From Lytechinus pictus (Eukaryota), in assembly GCF_037042905.1 (NCBI RefSeq), contig NC_087252.1, forward strand, positions 18,106,001 through 18,170,000: a stretch of DNA of 64,000 nt, given 5' to 3'. The position numbers and the translations under genes were made by a program. Of the stretch, positions 53,101-64,000 are shown piece after piece. The notes under the pieces were generated by a model. The model ran no database searches. It was not told the origin of the DNA and worked only from the letters and a program-made list of their open reading frames with translations. Every line of letters starts with the position of its first letter. The first letter of the stretch is position 1.

Positions 53101-54132
53101 CTTTTACAGAAAAAGGCTATTCGTATTATTTGTCATGCAGATTTTCGTTCACACACTGACGAACTTTTCTATAAATATAATATTTTGAAGATTGGTGACT
53201 TGTATCGATACAATCTCGGAAAACTCATGTATAATTTAGATAAAAATGAACTTCCAAATATTTTTTATTCCATGTTTACAAAAAATGTCGATATTCATCA
53301 TTATCCTACTAGGTCCGCCGGGCTCTTTCATCCACCAAGAGCTAGAACCATCATTTTAAATAAAACATTTATTGTTACAGGTATCAAACTTTGGAACTCC
53401 CTTATAGAATCATTACGTAACAAACCAACACATTTAAGTTTCAGTCGAGGGTTAAAGAAAATTCTTATCCTTGGGTATAAACCCCAGAACTTAAACATTT
53501 CTGTATAAGCAGCTACCACCTCTTGTCCTTCTTCCCTTCTTATTTTCTTCCTTCTTCTCTTTCCCCCTCCCTCTCACATTTCTTTTTTTTCTCTCTCTCT
53601 CTTCCTATCACCTTAATGTCTAGTTCTATTGCTTTTCTTATTTTCCTGTTTGTCTATGTTTTGTAGTGTGTTTTGTTTTGTTTCTTTTCCTTTTTTTTTC
53701 TGTCTTGTCCTGTTTTGTTTTTGTTTGTGTGCCTTTTTTGTTTTTGTCTTTGTTTTGCTTTTAGTATTTGTCCTGTCTTGTCCAAGTGATTGTCTGTTCA
53801 CACACTCCTGAACTCATGTATTTTTTTATACAGCAGGGGTATATATGATATAATATTTTTTGTTAATTGTAACATAGTAGGCATAAAAAGCTTGACCCCA
53901 CTAGTATTCTTTTTCATTGTACAAACCTTTTTAATTTACGATTTGAATTTCATTGATCAAAGATATACTTTAATTAACTATTTATTGCAGGGAACCCATA
54001 CTAACAAGCTTTGCTTTCCAGTGGGTTCCCTTTTTTTCATTTCTGTATATTATACTTTTGTGTTTTGCTATACATTGTAACTTTTGTTAAATTTTGGAAT
54101 GAAAAAGAATAAAATGCAATCAATCAATCAAT
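50180..54132 (+). mobile_element. CR1/L2-group LINE with near-complete, mutated APE-RT ORF (50390-53508), 3' UTR and (CAAT)n tail
   Basis: QCNIRS*..IGLSETW; RTEKTGGGIC; GVIYRPP; LGDFN; KPTR; SLIDNVF; LSDHFPI; GNYRPISLL; QFGFR; FLDFSKAFDTINH; FADD; KFLGV. In-frame stops at 50687, 51691 and 52360, and a frameshift near 50800. Confidence 0.95.
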
Positions 54133-54175
54133 CCTTCTGGGAGTTCAAACATCGGCGTCAAGAAAACGTCGCCTG

Positions 54176-54856
54176 CCCGGGGGCGAAATTATTTTTCCCA
54201 CCGAGTTCTGGACCGACATATGAATATTCATGACTTGCGTCTTACGCGTACTCTCAATCCGAAGACGCAAGTCATGAATATTCATATGTTGGTCCAGAAC
54301 GCGGTGGGAAAAATAATTTCGCCGCCCGGGGGGGGGGGGGGCACTTACATTGACGAGTGGATAGCATGCGCGACCAAAAAAACACGTAAAAAGCTGTCTT
54401 TTTCAAGAGAGGGCACGTAACGTGACAAGGGTGTCAAAAACACAAAAATAAACTAGGAAAGTTACGTGTTTAGGGTCAAATTTGCGGGGATGATAAAACA
54501 AAATTAAAATGTTTTATAATGGATGTCCTTTTTGCCCAACCACTACGTGTTTAGAGTCCGATTTGCGCGAGGTGTAGAACGTGGGGTCGTACTAATTGTG
54601 TATAAAGGTAAAACCGACGACCGAAGGACCCGTGACATAACAATAAAATATTCCTATACTCGTTTAGGGGTTCATTTCAGGGAATATTTGCTAAGAGTAT
54701 CGTTTTGTTTCCAATACTTGTTAAGTGTTGGGTTTCACATGCCAATACTTGTTAAGGGGTGCATTTTCAGAATATGAAAATTACGTGTTTAGGGTGCTTT
54801 TCGAGACCCCATGGTCGCGCACGGTATCCACTCGTCAATGGAAGTGGCCCCCCGGG
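54176..54856. mobile_element. Second (inverted) copy of the CCCGGG-terminated element at 25916-26482
   Basis: Collinear reverse-complement similarity; 8-bp TSD GTCGCCTG (54168-54175, 54857-54864). Confidence 0.9.
54182..54323. mobile_element. 142-bp hairpin MITE
   Basis: About 62-bp near-perfect arms GGCGAAATTATTTTTCCCACCG...GACTTGCGTCTT; flanked by GCCCGGG on both sides. Confidence 0.85.
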
Positions 54857-55807
54857 GTCGCCTGAGAAACTGAAAAGATAATATATTTTAAAGACGACTC
54901 GGCGATTTAAAATGATTTATAGGTCGGCGAACAAAGCCAGGTCATGAAGGTGTTTGTAATTTGGAATGGCGCGGTTTACGAGGTGATACGTCACAATGGT
55001 GCGCCAGACGGTATTGTTTATGCGCACAATGACAATAATTTATACTGGGCGCAAGGAGCGTCCATATTTTGGCGCGCGCGCCTAGGCGAAGGCGCGAAAA
55101 ATCCTTCATTTTAGTCTTGGCCTTCAACGGAGATGAACGTCCAAAATATTCGCTTGTAATTTTTCTACAAAGTACAACGAGATCTACAAGAAATTTTGTT
55201 GAAACCATCATCGATCGGGAATCATCTTAATTTTGCTTAATGCAGCTGTAAATGCTGTCCGAATTACTTGAGGATTCTCTATTTCTTGCCTGGCCTAACG
55301 ATTAACCGTCTGCTTTGAACCGAGTTTTATACGACGGTACGAGGAGCTACGCCTACGCTACGACTACGTGTTGTCGCTATAACTAGTACCGTATAACACT
55401 AGTAGCAGATCGGCTGGGTCCTAGAACTTTTTGGTTTCCGCAACGATGAGAAATTGACTCGAGCTGCTAGATGGAATTCCGTTCAACGACATACGGTCGA
55501 CTGGGATTCATCATGATTATGAGTATTGAATGTTACGGTAGTCAGAGCCCGAGTCAGAGGTCCTACTACTAGTACCGTACTACTAGCTCCCGAGATCGAG
55601 TATGATGTGAAGCCTGTGGCTGAGCCGAGGCAACGGTCTGGACTCTGGATTAGCAGACGGAACGGGGTCGGTACCAGACAATTTACAAGTTCCAGTCTCT
55701 GCAAGACCTAGCCTATCCGGTGAGTACGGAAGCAGGAATAGATCTAGGCCTAGGCTAGACTCAGTCTGGATTAGTGTAGGCCTAGTAGTACTAGCCCTTG
55801 TAAAAAA

Positions 55808-56362
55808 GTACTGCGGTAGTACTGCGGTACAAGTACCGCAGTACTACCGCAGTACAAGTACTGCGGTAGTACTCGTGGTAAATTGGTCGGTACTACTGCG
55901 GTAGTACCGCGGTAGTACCGCAGTACCTGTACTGCGGTAGTACCGCGGTACCTATACTGCGGTAGTACTGCAGTAGTACCGCAGTACAGGTACTGCGGTA
56001 GTACCGCAGTACCTGTACTGCGGTAGTACCGCGGTACCTATACTGCGGTAGTACCGCAGTAGTACTGCAGTAGTACCGCAGTAGTACCGCGGTACCTGTA
56101 CTGCGGTAGTACCGCGGTACCTGTACTGCGGTAGTACCGCGGTACCTGTACTGCGGTAGTACCGCGGTACCTGTACTGCCGTAGTACCGCAGTACCTGTA
56201 CTGCGGTAGTACCGCGGTACCTGTACTGCGGTAGTACCGCAGTACCTATACTGCGGTACTACCGCAGTAGTACCGCTGTACCTGTAAACCTGTACTGCGA
56301 TAGTACTGCGATAGTACCGTGGTACCTGTACCATGGTACTACCCTGGTGCTACTGCGGTACT
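55808..56362. repeat. ~25-bp self-complementary minisatellite (GTACTGCGGTAGTACCGCGGTACCT)
   Basis: Tandem units, each an imperfect palindrome. Confidence 0.92.
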
Positions 56363-57283
56363 TGCACACCTTTATGAAAACGATCACAATTTCATTTAGC
56401 TTAATCACAGTAATAAGAAAATTACAAAAGTATTAATATAAAAAGTTTATTTTGAGATATGTATATATATATATATATATATATATGTTTTAACATCTGT
56501 AATCATGTACTTTCTTACTAACATGACTAAGTTTTGGCACACACAATGGCTAAATGGTTGGTTGAGGTAACGGGATTCCTGAAGTTTTAGCACACACAAT
56601 GGCTGAATGGTTGGTTGAAGTAAAGGCAAGTTAAAGTTATATGCTTAATATTTTACATGATAAAAACTGTAGTGAAAATCATCTGTACTCGAGTTGCAAC
56701 AAAAACAAAGATATCTAACATCTCTACTTTAGTACTTTTATAACAACTATGACTAACGAGTTTTAGGTTCACGCACAATGTTTGTGGTGAAGGCAAGTTG
56801 AGATTACGCTTCATATAAAAAGTCTATACAATTTCCAAGAACTGTTGAGTTGTAAAACACTGTCCACGTACTTGTATCAAAGTTGCAACAAAAACATAAA
56901 TCTTCCAATCTTTGACAAGGTAAGTAAATAGAAGTAAAACATGATTATTTAAAACCATTAAAACTAAACACATGCATCATATATGTAGAAATTGCAGCAG
57001 ATAATCTATCAATAATATCTCAAAACTGTAGTTAAAAACATCTCTACTGAGTTGCAACAAAAACATGTAGATATCTAACATCTCTACTTTAGTACTTTTT
57101 TATAACTACTATGACTAACGAGTTTTAGGTTCGAGCACAATGTTTATGGTAAAGGCAAGTTGAGATTACGCTTCATATAAAGTCTATAAAATTTTCAAGA
57201 ACTGTTGAGTTGTAAAACACGTACTTGTATCCAAGTTGGAACAAAAACATACATCAATCAAGTTCCTTCCAATCTTTGACAAG

Positions 57284-57733
57284 TAACACGAATAATACAG
57301 TCAATTCAATCTTTATTTCCAAATAAAGATTGAATTGAGCGGAGAATTAAACTGACCATAAATATATATTATAGGTAATAAAGAGCAAAGAAAATGGGGT
57401 TCCATCGGGATTCGAACCCGAGACCTCCGGATTGCTAGCCCGGTGCTCTACCGACTGAGCTATGGACGGCCCTAGTCGATAATTCGTCCCATAAACCCCT
57501 TAACTTTCAATGCTCGTATGGTCAGAAGCTATAGAAACCTGACATAAACCCAAAGGATAGAATCAACTTTATAGGCCTATGCGAGGGATCACGGCGAAGT
57601 GATGCAGCTTTTTGAATATATAATTAACACGAATAATACAGTCAATTCAATCTTTATTTCCAAATAAAGATTGAATTGAGTGGAGAATTAAACTGAACAT
57701 AAATATATATTATAGGTAATGAAGAGCAAAGAA
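57284..57733 (-). mobile_element. tRNA-containing insertion with ~110-bp terminal direct repeats and 13-bp TSD
   Basis: Direct repeats at 57284-57394 and 57625-57735; TSD AATCTTTGACAAG (57271-57283, 57734-57746); the empty site is visible in the paralogous unit at about 56907. Confidence 0.85.
57397..57470 (-). pseudogene. tRNA-like sequence (anticodon AGC, Ala) with defective acceptor stem
   Basis: Minus strand CCGTCCA-TAGCTCAGTCGGTAGAGCA-CCGGG-CTAGCAA-TCCGG-AGGTC-TCGGG-TTCGAAT-CCCGA-TGGAACC. A and B boxes and the D, anticodon and T arms are intact; only 4/7 acceptor pairs form. Confidence 0.8.
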
Positions 57734-58996
57734 AATCTTTGACAAGGTAAGTAAATAGAAGTAAAATATGATTATTTAAAATAATGAATCATAAATAAAT
57801 AAATGAATCATATATGTAGAAATTGTAGCAGATAATCTATCAATAATATCTCAAAACTGTAGTTAAAAACATCTGTACTGAGTTGCAACAAAAACATGAA
57901 GATATCTAACATCTCTACTTTAGTACTTTTTTATAACTACTACAGATAATCTATCAATAATATAACAATATTTGTTACAGCACTTTATCAATGTGACCTT
58001 ACACAACAAATAAGTAGGGTAAATATATTGTGTACACATATAGAAGACAATGCCTTTAAAATGTTACATGAGCATACTTTGTTATTTGGCACAAGGCAAA
58101 GTTTTTAAAGGACGAGAGGAAATTTGCCACTTAAATAAATGGCGTCAAACGCATACACATTATCAAAGTTATTTTTCAGCACACAATGAATACATTTCAG
58201 CAATATCTTTGGCAAATAGAGTACGGAACAATCAGGAACATGAAATAATTTGGTATATTCCCGTCATTCAAAATCATAACAAAAGCAATTTTAATTCCAT
58301 TCGCTTTTGTTTAAAAACCAGATTAACAATACCAAATGTCTCAAATTTTAATGCATGTTTGAGGCAATTTAGGTTCCCCATATAAATTTTGATGTCTTCC
58401 AAGAGACGTAGTTTCTTGTTAGTCTGATTTGATTCCATTCTTCAAGGTGAATTTGGGCTTTTATCCGTAGATCATATATAAATGCCATTTTTTGCACAAT
58501 AAAATCTCAAATTGTTTCCTTATCAGATCAAAATTTACTCAACAAGAAAGTTCTTGACACTTATTTGTTTAGAAGGGTGCCAACAAAGAACACTGATTGA
58601 TGCGTGCGCACTGTCATTTGATATCCACATGCCAAAACATAAAATTTAATATATTAGTACCAGCTGGACGGAAAACACAATACATGCCTAGAATTGATGT
58701 GATGGCCCATGAAGAGCTTTTTATCAAAATAGCTTTAGAAACAGGTGAAATGTTAAAGATCATCAAGCGTTGGGATGCTACGCTACAGATCGCCATTTTG
58801 AACTAGGCTAGTTTGTGCGCAAGATGGCACTGTGTGTATGATAAACGATGCAGGAGCACCTTTAATATATCAGATAAGGATAATTCTGGCCCCTATTAAA
58901 ACATTATTATTATTTTTTTTAATGTTGGTCTGTAGCAAGCATTATAGCAATGCCTGTGGTCTAAAACATATTCCAATCAACCAAAAAAATACACAG

Positions 58997-59233
58997 GAGC
59001 GACGGGCGATTCAGAAGTGCCAGAAACGTACCAAACATGGCATACTCGGATAGGTCGCATCATGATGATCATACTAAATTATATTTGGAACAGAATATGC
59101 ATGTGCTTGTTAAGTCCTCTGATGCTGGCAGTGTTCGGCAGGCCCATGTTACTGACCTCGTCACTGAATGGTGCGAAGAATGTGGCAGGTCGCGCAAATT
59201 TGCCTCCTCTGGACAGTGAACAGGGGATAATTA
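58997..59233 (+). pseudogene. Exon-like segment encoding a putative BEN-domain core
   Basis: LLSPLMLAVFGRPMLLTSSLNGAKNVAGRANLPPLDSEQGII followed by consensus donor GTAAGT (59234); resembles the BEN pattern L..LF....L...S..G......LD by eye; the 5' boundary and frame are unclear. Confidence 0.5.
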
Positions 59234-59288
59234 GTAAGTAACAAGACTTAGCTCATTATTAATTAATTAGTCATCTTGACAAAGTGCT

Positions 59289-59464
59289 TCATTCGGTCTC
59301 ATCTTGTGGTTCTTGGTTTAATTCTTTGGCTTGGTTTTCTTTGGCTTGGTTCTCTTTCGGTTGAGATCTACGTTTGGCCAACTTAATTTCGTTGCCAACT
59401 TTGTTCCGCATAACGATGCGGATTTCCGATGATGACACTCCTGGGAACTTTGACTTGACATGAC
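59289..59464 (-). CDS. Terminal exon of a putative BEN-domain protein
   Basis: Polypyrimidine tract plus TTGCAG acceptor, phase 1; HVKSKFPGVSSSEIRIVMRNKVGNEIKLAKRR...ETE-stop resembles the BEN C-terminal helices. Confidence 0.6.
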
Positions 59465-60166
59465 CTGCAAAGGAACACGTAAAAAACAAAAAAAAAAAGA
59501 TTATAGTCAAGGTAGGTAAATGAGAATCATAGCACGACTTGGGTGCCAATGGCCACTTGAAATTTTATTTGGCCACTAGAAATAAGAAAGAAGCTCTGTA
59601 TTAGCCACAAACTTGTTAGGTTCTACAACACACAAGTCTATGATCAAATATATTTAATGTGTTATGTTCACCTGTAAATAAAAAGCTAAGCACTAGCCCT
59701 GCATAGATTGGGCAGTGATATCTTTTTATAATAAGTAGGCTGATACGGGCTATTCCAGAGTCAAAGACATTACAAATATGAACTAGATGGATCTTCGATT
59801 GCGAACTATAAAAAATCCTGCTTCCGCTATCGCACAATTTAAAGGATGTAACTTGTACTTTGAATACAAAGCTATGAACAAGTTTATACACTACAAGTTT
59901 ACAAACATTTGGCTCATCAAATGTTCAGCTATTTCATAAAATGTGTACCATCAGGATCCATTACATAATTTGCCCAAATATGTAATGTCCATGATGGCAC
60001 ACATTTTCCACTATAAACGAACAATGAATGAAGAAAATATTATCAAATCAAAATTGCTGGTAGCTTTGTAATCTGAGTAAAAATTACATAATGGACGGGT
60101 ACATCTGTCAGAAGTTATCATGATATTGGGAAACCCTGTTATAACGAGCTCGCTTATAATGAAGTA

Positions 60167-60338
60167 CAGGTAACCCTGTTTTAACAAGGTGGTCGGGACC
60201 ATCAAATTTACCTCGTTATATTAAGCGGTACTTCGTTATAAACGGCAGATTTAATAATACATATAAAACACAGATTTACGATCGGGACCAAAGGATTCCC
60301 CTCGTTATAAGCGAGTTCGTTATAACGGGGTTTCCCTG
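60167..60338. mobile_element. pogo/Tigger-like MITE inserted in an opposite-orientation relative (about 60127-60475)
   Basis: TA|CAGGTAACCCTGTTTTAAC ... GTTATAACGGGGTTTCCCTG|TA; 60342-60472 is the approximate reverse complement of 60180-60312. Confidence 0.75.
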
Positions 60339-60520
60339 TACCGCTTATAACGAGGAGAATCCTTTGGTCCCAATTGTAAATGTGTTTCTATATGTGTTAT
60401 TGAATCTGCCGTTTATAACGAGATACCGCTTATGACAAGGTAAAATCGATGGTCCCAAACACCTCGTTATAAGGGGCCGAGATTTCTTGTGGGGGGGGGG
60501 GGTGCGGGCTATAGACTAAC

Positions 60521-60535
60521 CTGGCCTGGTGAGGA
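60521..60535 (-). CDS. Possible 15-nt microexon (SSPGQ)
   Basis: TTTAG|TCCTCACCAGGCCAG|GTTAGT; phase 0-0, compatible with the upstream exon. Confidence 0.35.
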
Positions 60536-60751
60536 CTAAATACTGTTAACAATATTGACAGTACACACTTAATGCAACAAATAAATGTTTCTGAAATATT
60601 TTGCCGATTTGCAAGCTCGAACCATCATATAATTAGAAATTGTTATCTTGTATACGAGCAGTAATCAATGTTAATCATGGTTATGTACAAATTTTCTTTT
60701 TGAATCTGGGCCACTTAGTCGAACTAAAATATTTATACATGAAGTAATTAC

Positions 60752-60880
60752 CTGTGGTCGTGCTGATGATGGCGAGGATTGGGTGGAGGACTGGGTGGAG
60801 GAACGAGCGGGCGAGGAACGAGCGGGCGAGGATGATGTAGATGACCCTCCTGATGGACAGTGCATCTCTTCATGATCAGC
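60752..60880 (-). CDS. Internal exon, Ser-rich linker
   Basis: TTGGCAG|ADHEEMHCPSGGSSTSSSPARSSPARSSTQSSTQSSPSSARPQ|GTAATT; phase 0-0. Confidence 0.65.
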
Positions 60881-61628
60881 CTGCCAATGAAAACGAAAAT
60901 CCATATTTCATACCATCAAATATTTACCAAGATTTTACTGCAAAGTAGGTCAAGCAATCAAAGGAAACAAAAGCAAACAGAAAATAGCAAATAGCATAAG
61001 AGATTTGCATGCATGTTTCCTCCTCTAAAAAATGACTTCTAAATAGTTACTAATTCCCACTGATTCAGTTTTCATAGACCTATACAATATAACGATCCAT
61101 CCAGAGTAATTCATCATAAACACAAATGCACGCTGGCCTGGAATCGCTTTGCCTAAAGGAGTGATCACACAGTCATGACTATACCCACAAATGCTGTACA
61201 CATTTGCCTGCGGTATTAACCTGTACGATAGTAGTTCGCCATGTATCGACCATACCTACATATGCTCAATGCATACTGTATGCATATTTGCGAATGCCAC
61301 AAGAATGCAGTGAGACAGCAGTAAATATGCGATACTCTTCCATCAAGAAAGAAGAACCAGTACGAGGGTTACACACTTGGTACAATTGCAGTAAGAATGT
61401 CATAGGTATTGTCCACCATTCTTACTGCAATCATACTGAGTTCGCAAGACATCGTACTGGTTCTTCTCCATTCTTGATGGAAGTGTTATCGGATTCTTAC
61501 TGCTTTCTCATGGCATTGGCAAATATGTGAACAGTAGACATAGAGCACTAGTTCGTACCACATGCATACAGCAAATTCGTGGGTATAGTCATGTCCAGTG
61601 TGACCACCCCTTAAGATTCACAACATAC

Positions 61629-61696
61629 CTTGAGTCTCGACATCTCCTCCATATCCACTATGAACCCTTTAAAGGTTTCGATGAATTTAGGCACTC
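61629..61696 (-). CDS. Internal exon
   Basis: TTTTGTTCAAG|(G)VPKFIETFKGFIVDMEEMSRLK|GTATGT; phase 1-0, joins both neighbours in frame. Confidence 0.65.
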
Positions 61697-62146
61697 CTTG
61701 AACAAAAACAAAATAACATAGATATTTATTCATACCACTAAAAATTGAACTATTTAAAACTATGAAGGTATTATATGAAGAAAAATTTGCCAAACCGAAG
61801 CTGAATACTCTAGAATGGAGAAGAGAGCTGGAGATTTAATACAAACATAAGATCATGACACAGATAAAAAAAAGTAGAAAACTTCTTTGAGAGATTGGGA
61901 TACCTCAGAAAAAGAAGCCACTCCATGAATTTCACAAAGTTCAGAAGGCTTATACAGAGTTGTTAACATATGGAACAAGTCCCCTCATTCCAACTTTTTT
62001 TTTTACCAACTATTCAACATGAATTATTTAAATGGGCTCAAAAGGGCACCATAAACTAAAGGTTTGTTTAACGAATATGTGAGGTATATGACTATGAGGT
62101 ATTGTCCAAGCATTTGAATACTAAATAATGGGAGGAAATACTGTAC

Positions 62147-62315
62147 CTTGCAAAAACAACAGCTGTTGCTGTATCTTTTCCCTAACTGCCTTCTCCTTAG
62201 TCAGCTTCACCTGCAGATCCTCAGTCTCTCTCCTTGATTTCTCCAACTGCTTTTTCAGGTCAATTATCTCACCACTTGTTCCACTTCCCGTTGCCGTACG
62301 TCCATTTGATTTTTT
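62147..62315 (-). CDS. Internal exon, coiled coil
   Basis: CTGACAG|KKSNGRTATGSGTSGEIIDLKKQLEKSRRETEDLQVKLTKEKAVREKIQQQLFLQ|GTACAG; phase 0-1. Confidence 0.65.
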
Positions 62316-62816
62316 CTGTCAGAATGATAACAAATCGGACACTAGTTAAAAAGTATGGTTTATGAATGTGAACCAGCGCAATTACCTCGTCATAACAGGA
62401 TTTAGTTAATTTTGACCAATAACAAGGTTTCACTGTGAATTAGGATTTGTAAGATTTTACATGGCAATTAGCATACTTATCTAACTAAATATATTGACTT
62501 TGTACATTTATAATGTTTAATTACTTAGCTAAATATGTTCAATGAAAATTTTAAAGGATTCATTCAAATGTGTTAAAATTGTAGCAATCAATAGGAGGGC
62601 AAGTCCAAGATAAGGTCCCCTGAGAAGACAAAATTTCATCTTTGCTCAACATTGAAATGTTTGGTGTCATTTTGAAGCATGATAGTTGAAATTTAAAATT
62701 CTGTGAAGGAATAAATTGTATCATGCAAATTTATGCAAATTTCAGTGACTTAATTTGCATAAATTAGAAATGCTGTGTTACGTATGGGACAAATATAAAA
62801 AATCATTATTATTTAA

Positions 62817-63238
62817 AGAGGAAGATCAGTAGTGGGCGAGAGGGCGTTGGAACCATTTAACTATTTTGGGAGCTGGAATGAAAATAACTAAAAATACTGA
62901 AGTAAGATCATTAATTTTAAACAAATGTCACGTTTATTTGATCAAAATCGGTTCAGAAATGGCTGAAATATCAAAGAAAACAGATATTTACTTTTGTACG
63001 TGGCCCACGTACAAAAGTCGATAACGGCCGTGTGTATTGATATTTGAATTTTACGAACGAATTTTCGCTCTTCGATGGATACAAGATCAACCTTTTTTCA
63101 TTCATAAAATCACACAGAAGTAAAATTAGGTGTCCAAAATTCCACGATAGTTCTTTAATGATGTTTTCTTTATATAAATACCCATTAACCTGATTTCAAA
63201 TACATTTCGAGTTCCTAAACCACTACTGATCTACACCT
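62817..63238. mobile_element. TTAA-targeting MITE (Kolobok-like)
   Basis: TTAA|AGAGGAAGATCAGTAGTGG ... CCACTACTGATCTACACCT|TTAA. Confidence 0.75.
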
Positions 63239-64000
63239 TTAAAGGAACACAATTGAAATTTTATTAATATGTGGACCTAAGAGGTTCATCATCTATTTTA
63301 ATTTGGTATGAAAATTTATGCACGACGCAATTAATTATGCAAATTAGGTCGCGTCCTATCAGCGATTGTCCCATACGTAACAAATTGAGGACATTTTTTT
63401 AGTTTATTTCTGAATTTGTAAAAGTTATTGCAGTGCTATTCTGGGAAGTTCTAAAAGTTTCAGAAAAGTTTTGTTAGAAACTGTGACAACATTAAGAATT
63501 TTAACTGTGTATTATTTCATATTGTGGCCCCCCTGTTCAAGATTAAATCTACAGGTAGTAAAGATGTATTTGATAAAAGCAAGGGTGTGTATGCTTTCAT
63601 TTTAGAAATCATGCAACTGTTTCATGGCATTTCATATTTAGGGAAAATACACTAATATAGACCAAGAACGGTGCACGGTGGTTCATTATATTCGCACAGA
63701 ATGATCATACTTGTTTGTAGATCTATAGCTGGTATTACTCAAGTGGTTCTTCTTGAACAATAGAAAAGGCATTTTCACACAGTTTAATTATACAACTTAA
63801 AAGCCCAGTGAATGTATAAAAATTGCCCCCACCCCCAAATAAAAAAAACAAAAAAATATCATCAAAACTTCTATAATAATTAGCACTAGTAAATACATGT
63901 TCAAATCAGTTAGTGGTTGATTAGCAGCATGCCCGTATGAAACAAAATAGATAAAAATGAAAAATATAATCAAATATGATTATGGTTGTAAATTTTATTG

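Larger units (their letters stand above)
56660..57965. repeat. ~360-bp tandem duplication (2 full copies plus 1 partial)
   Basis: AAAACTGTAGT..AAA.CATCT.TACT.GAGTTGCAACAAAAACA recurs at about 56663, 57022 and 57853. Confidence 0.85.

Noticed and set aside
56038..56334. 98-aa repeat ORF
   Set aside because: Translation of the 25-bp minisatellite.
57397..57470. Functional tRNA-Ala gene
   Set aside because: The acceptor stem has three terminal mismatches and the sequence lies in a TSD-flanked insertion.

Overview
Repeat-dense, AT-rich eukaryotic (metazoan) genomic DNA. The repeat styles suggest an echinoderm such as a sea urchin, but this is inference only. There is one clearly intact protein-coding sequence: a single-coding-exon GT10 alpha-1,3-fucosyltransferase (24342-25676, minus strand). 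A partial spliced gene on the minus strand (about 59.3-62.3 kb) encodes a coiled coil, a Ser-rich linker and what looks like the end of a BEN domain, while the apparent middle of that domain lies on the opposite strand. The rest is a dense set of mobile DNA: decayed LINEs (L1/Tx1, CR1/L2-group, L2, Rex1-like), tRNA-derived SINEs, many non-autonomous DNA transposons definable by TIRs and TSDs (Tc1/mariner-, hAT-, Kolobok-, Harbinger-, Mutator/foldback-like), multi-level nesting, and minisatellites with higher-order structure. No prokaryotic operon or CRISPR array was found. All calls were made by eye; superfamily assignments rest on TSD length and terminal bases only.
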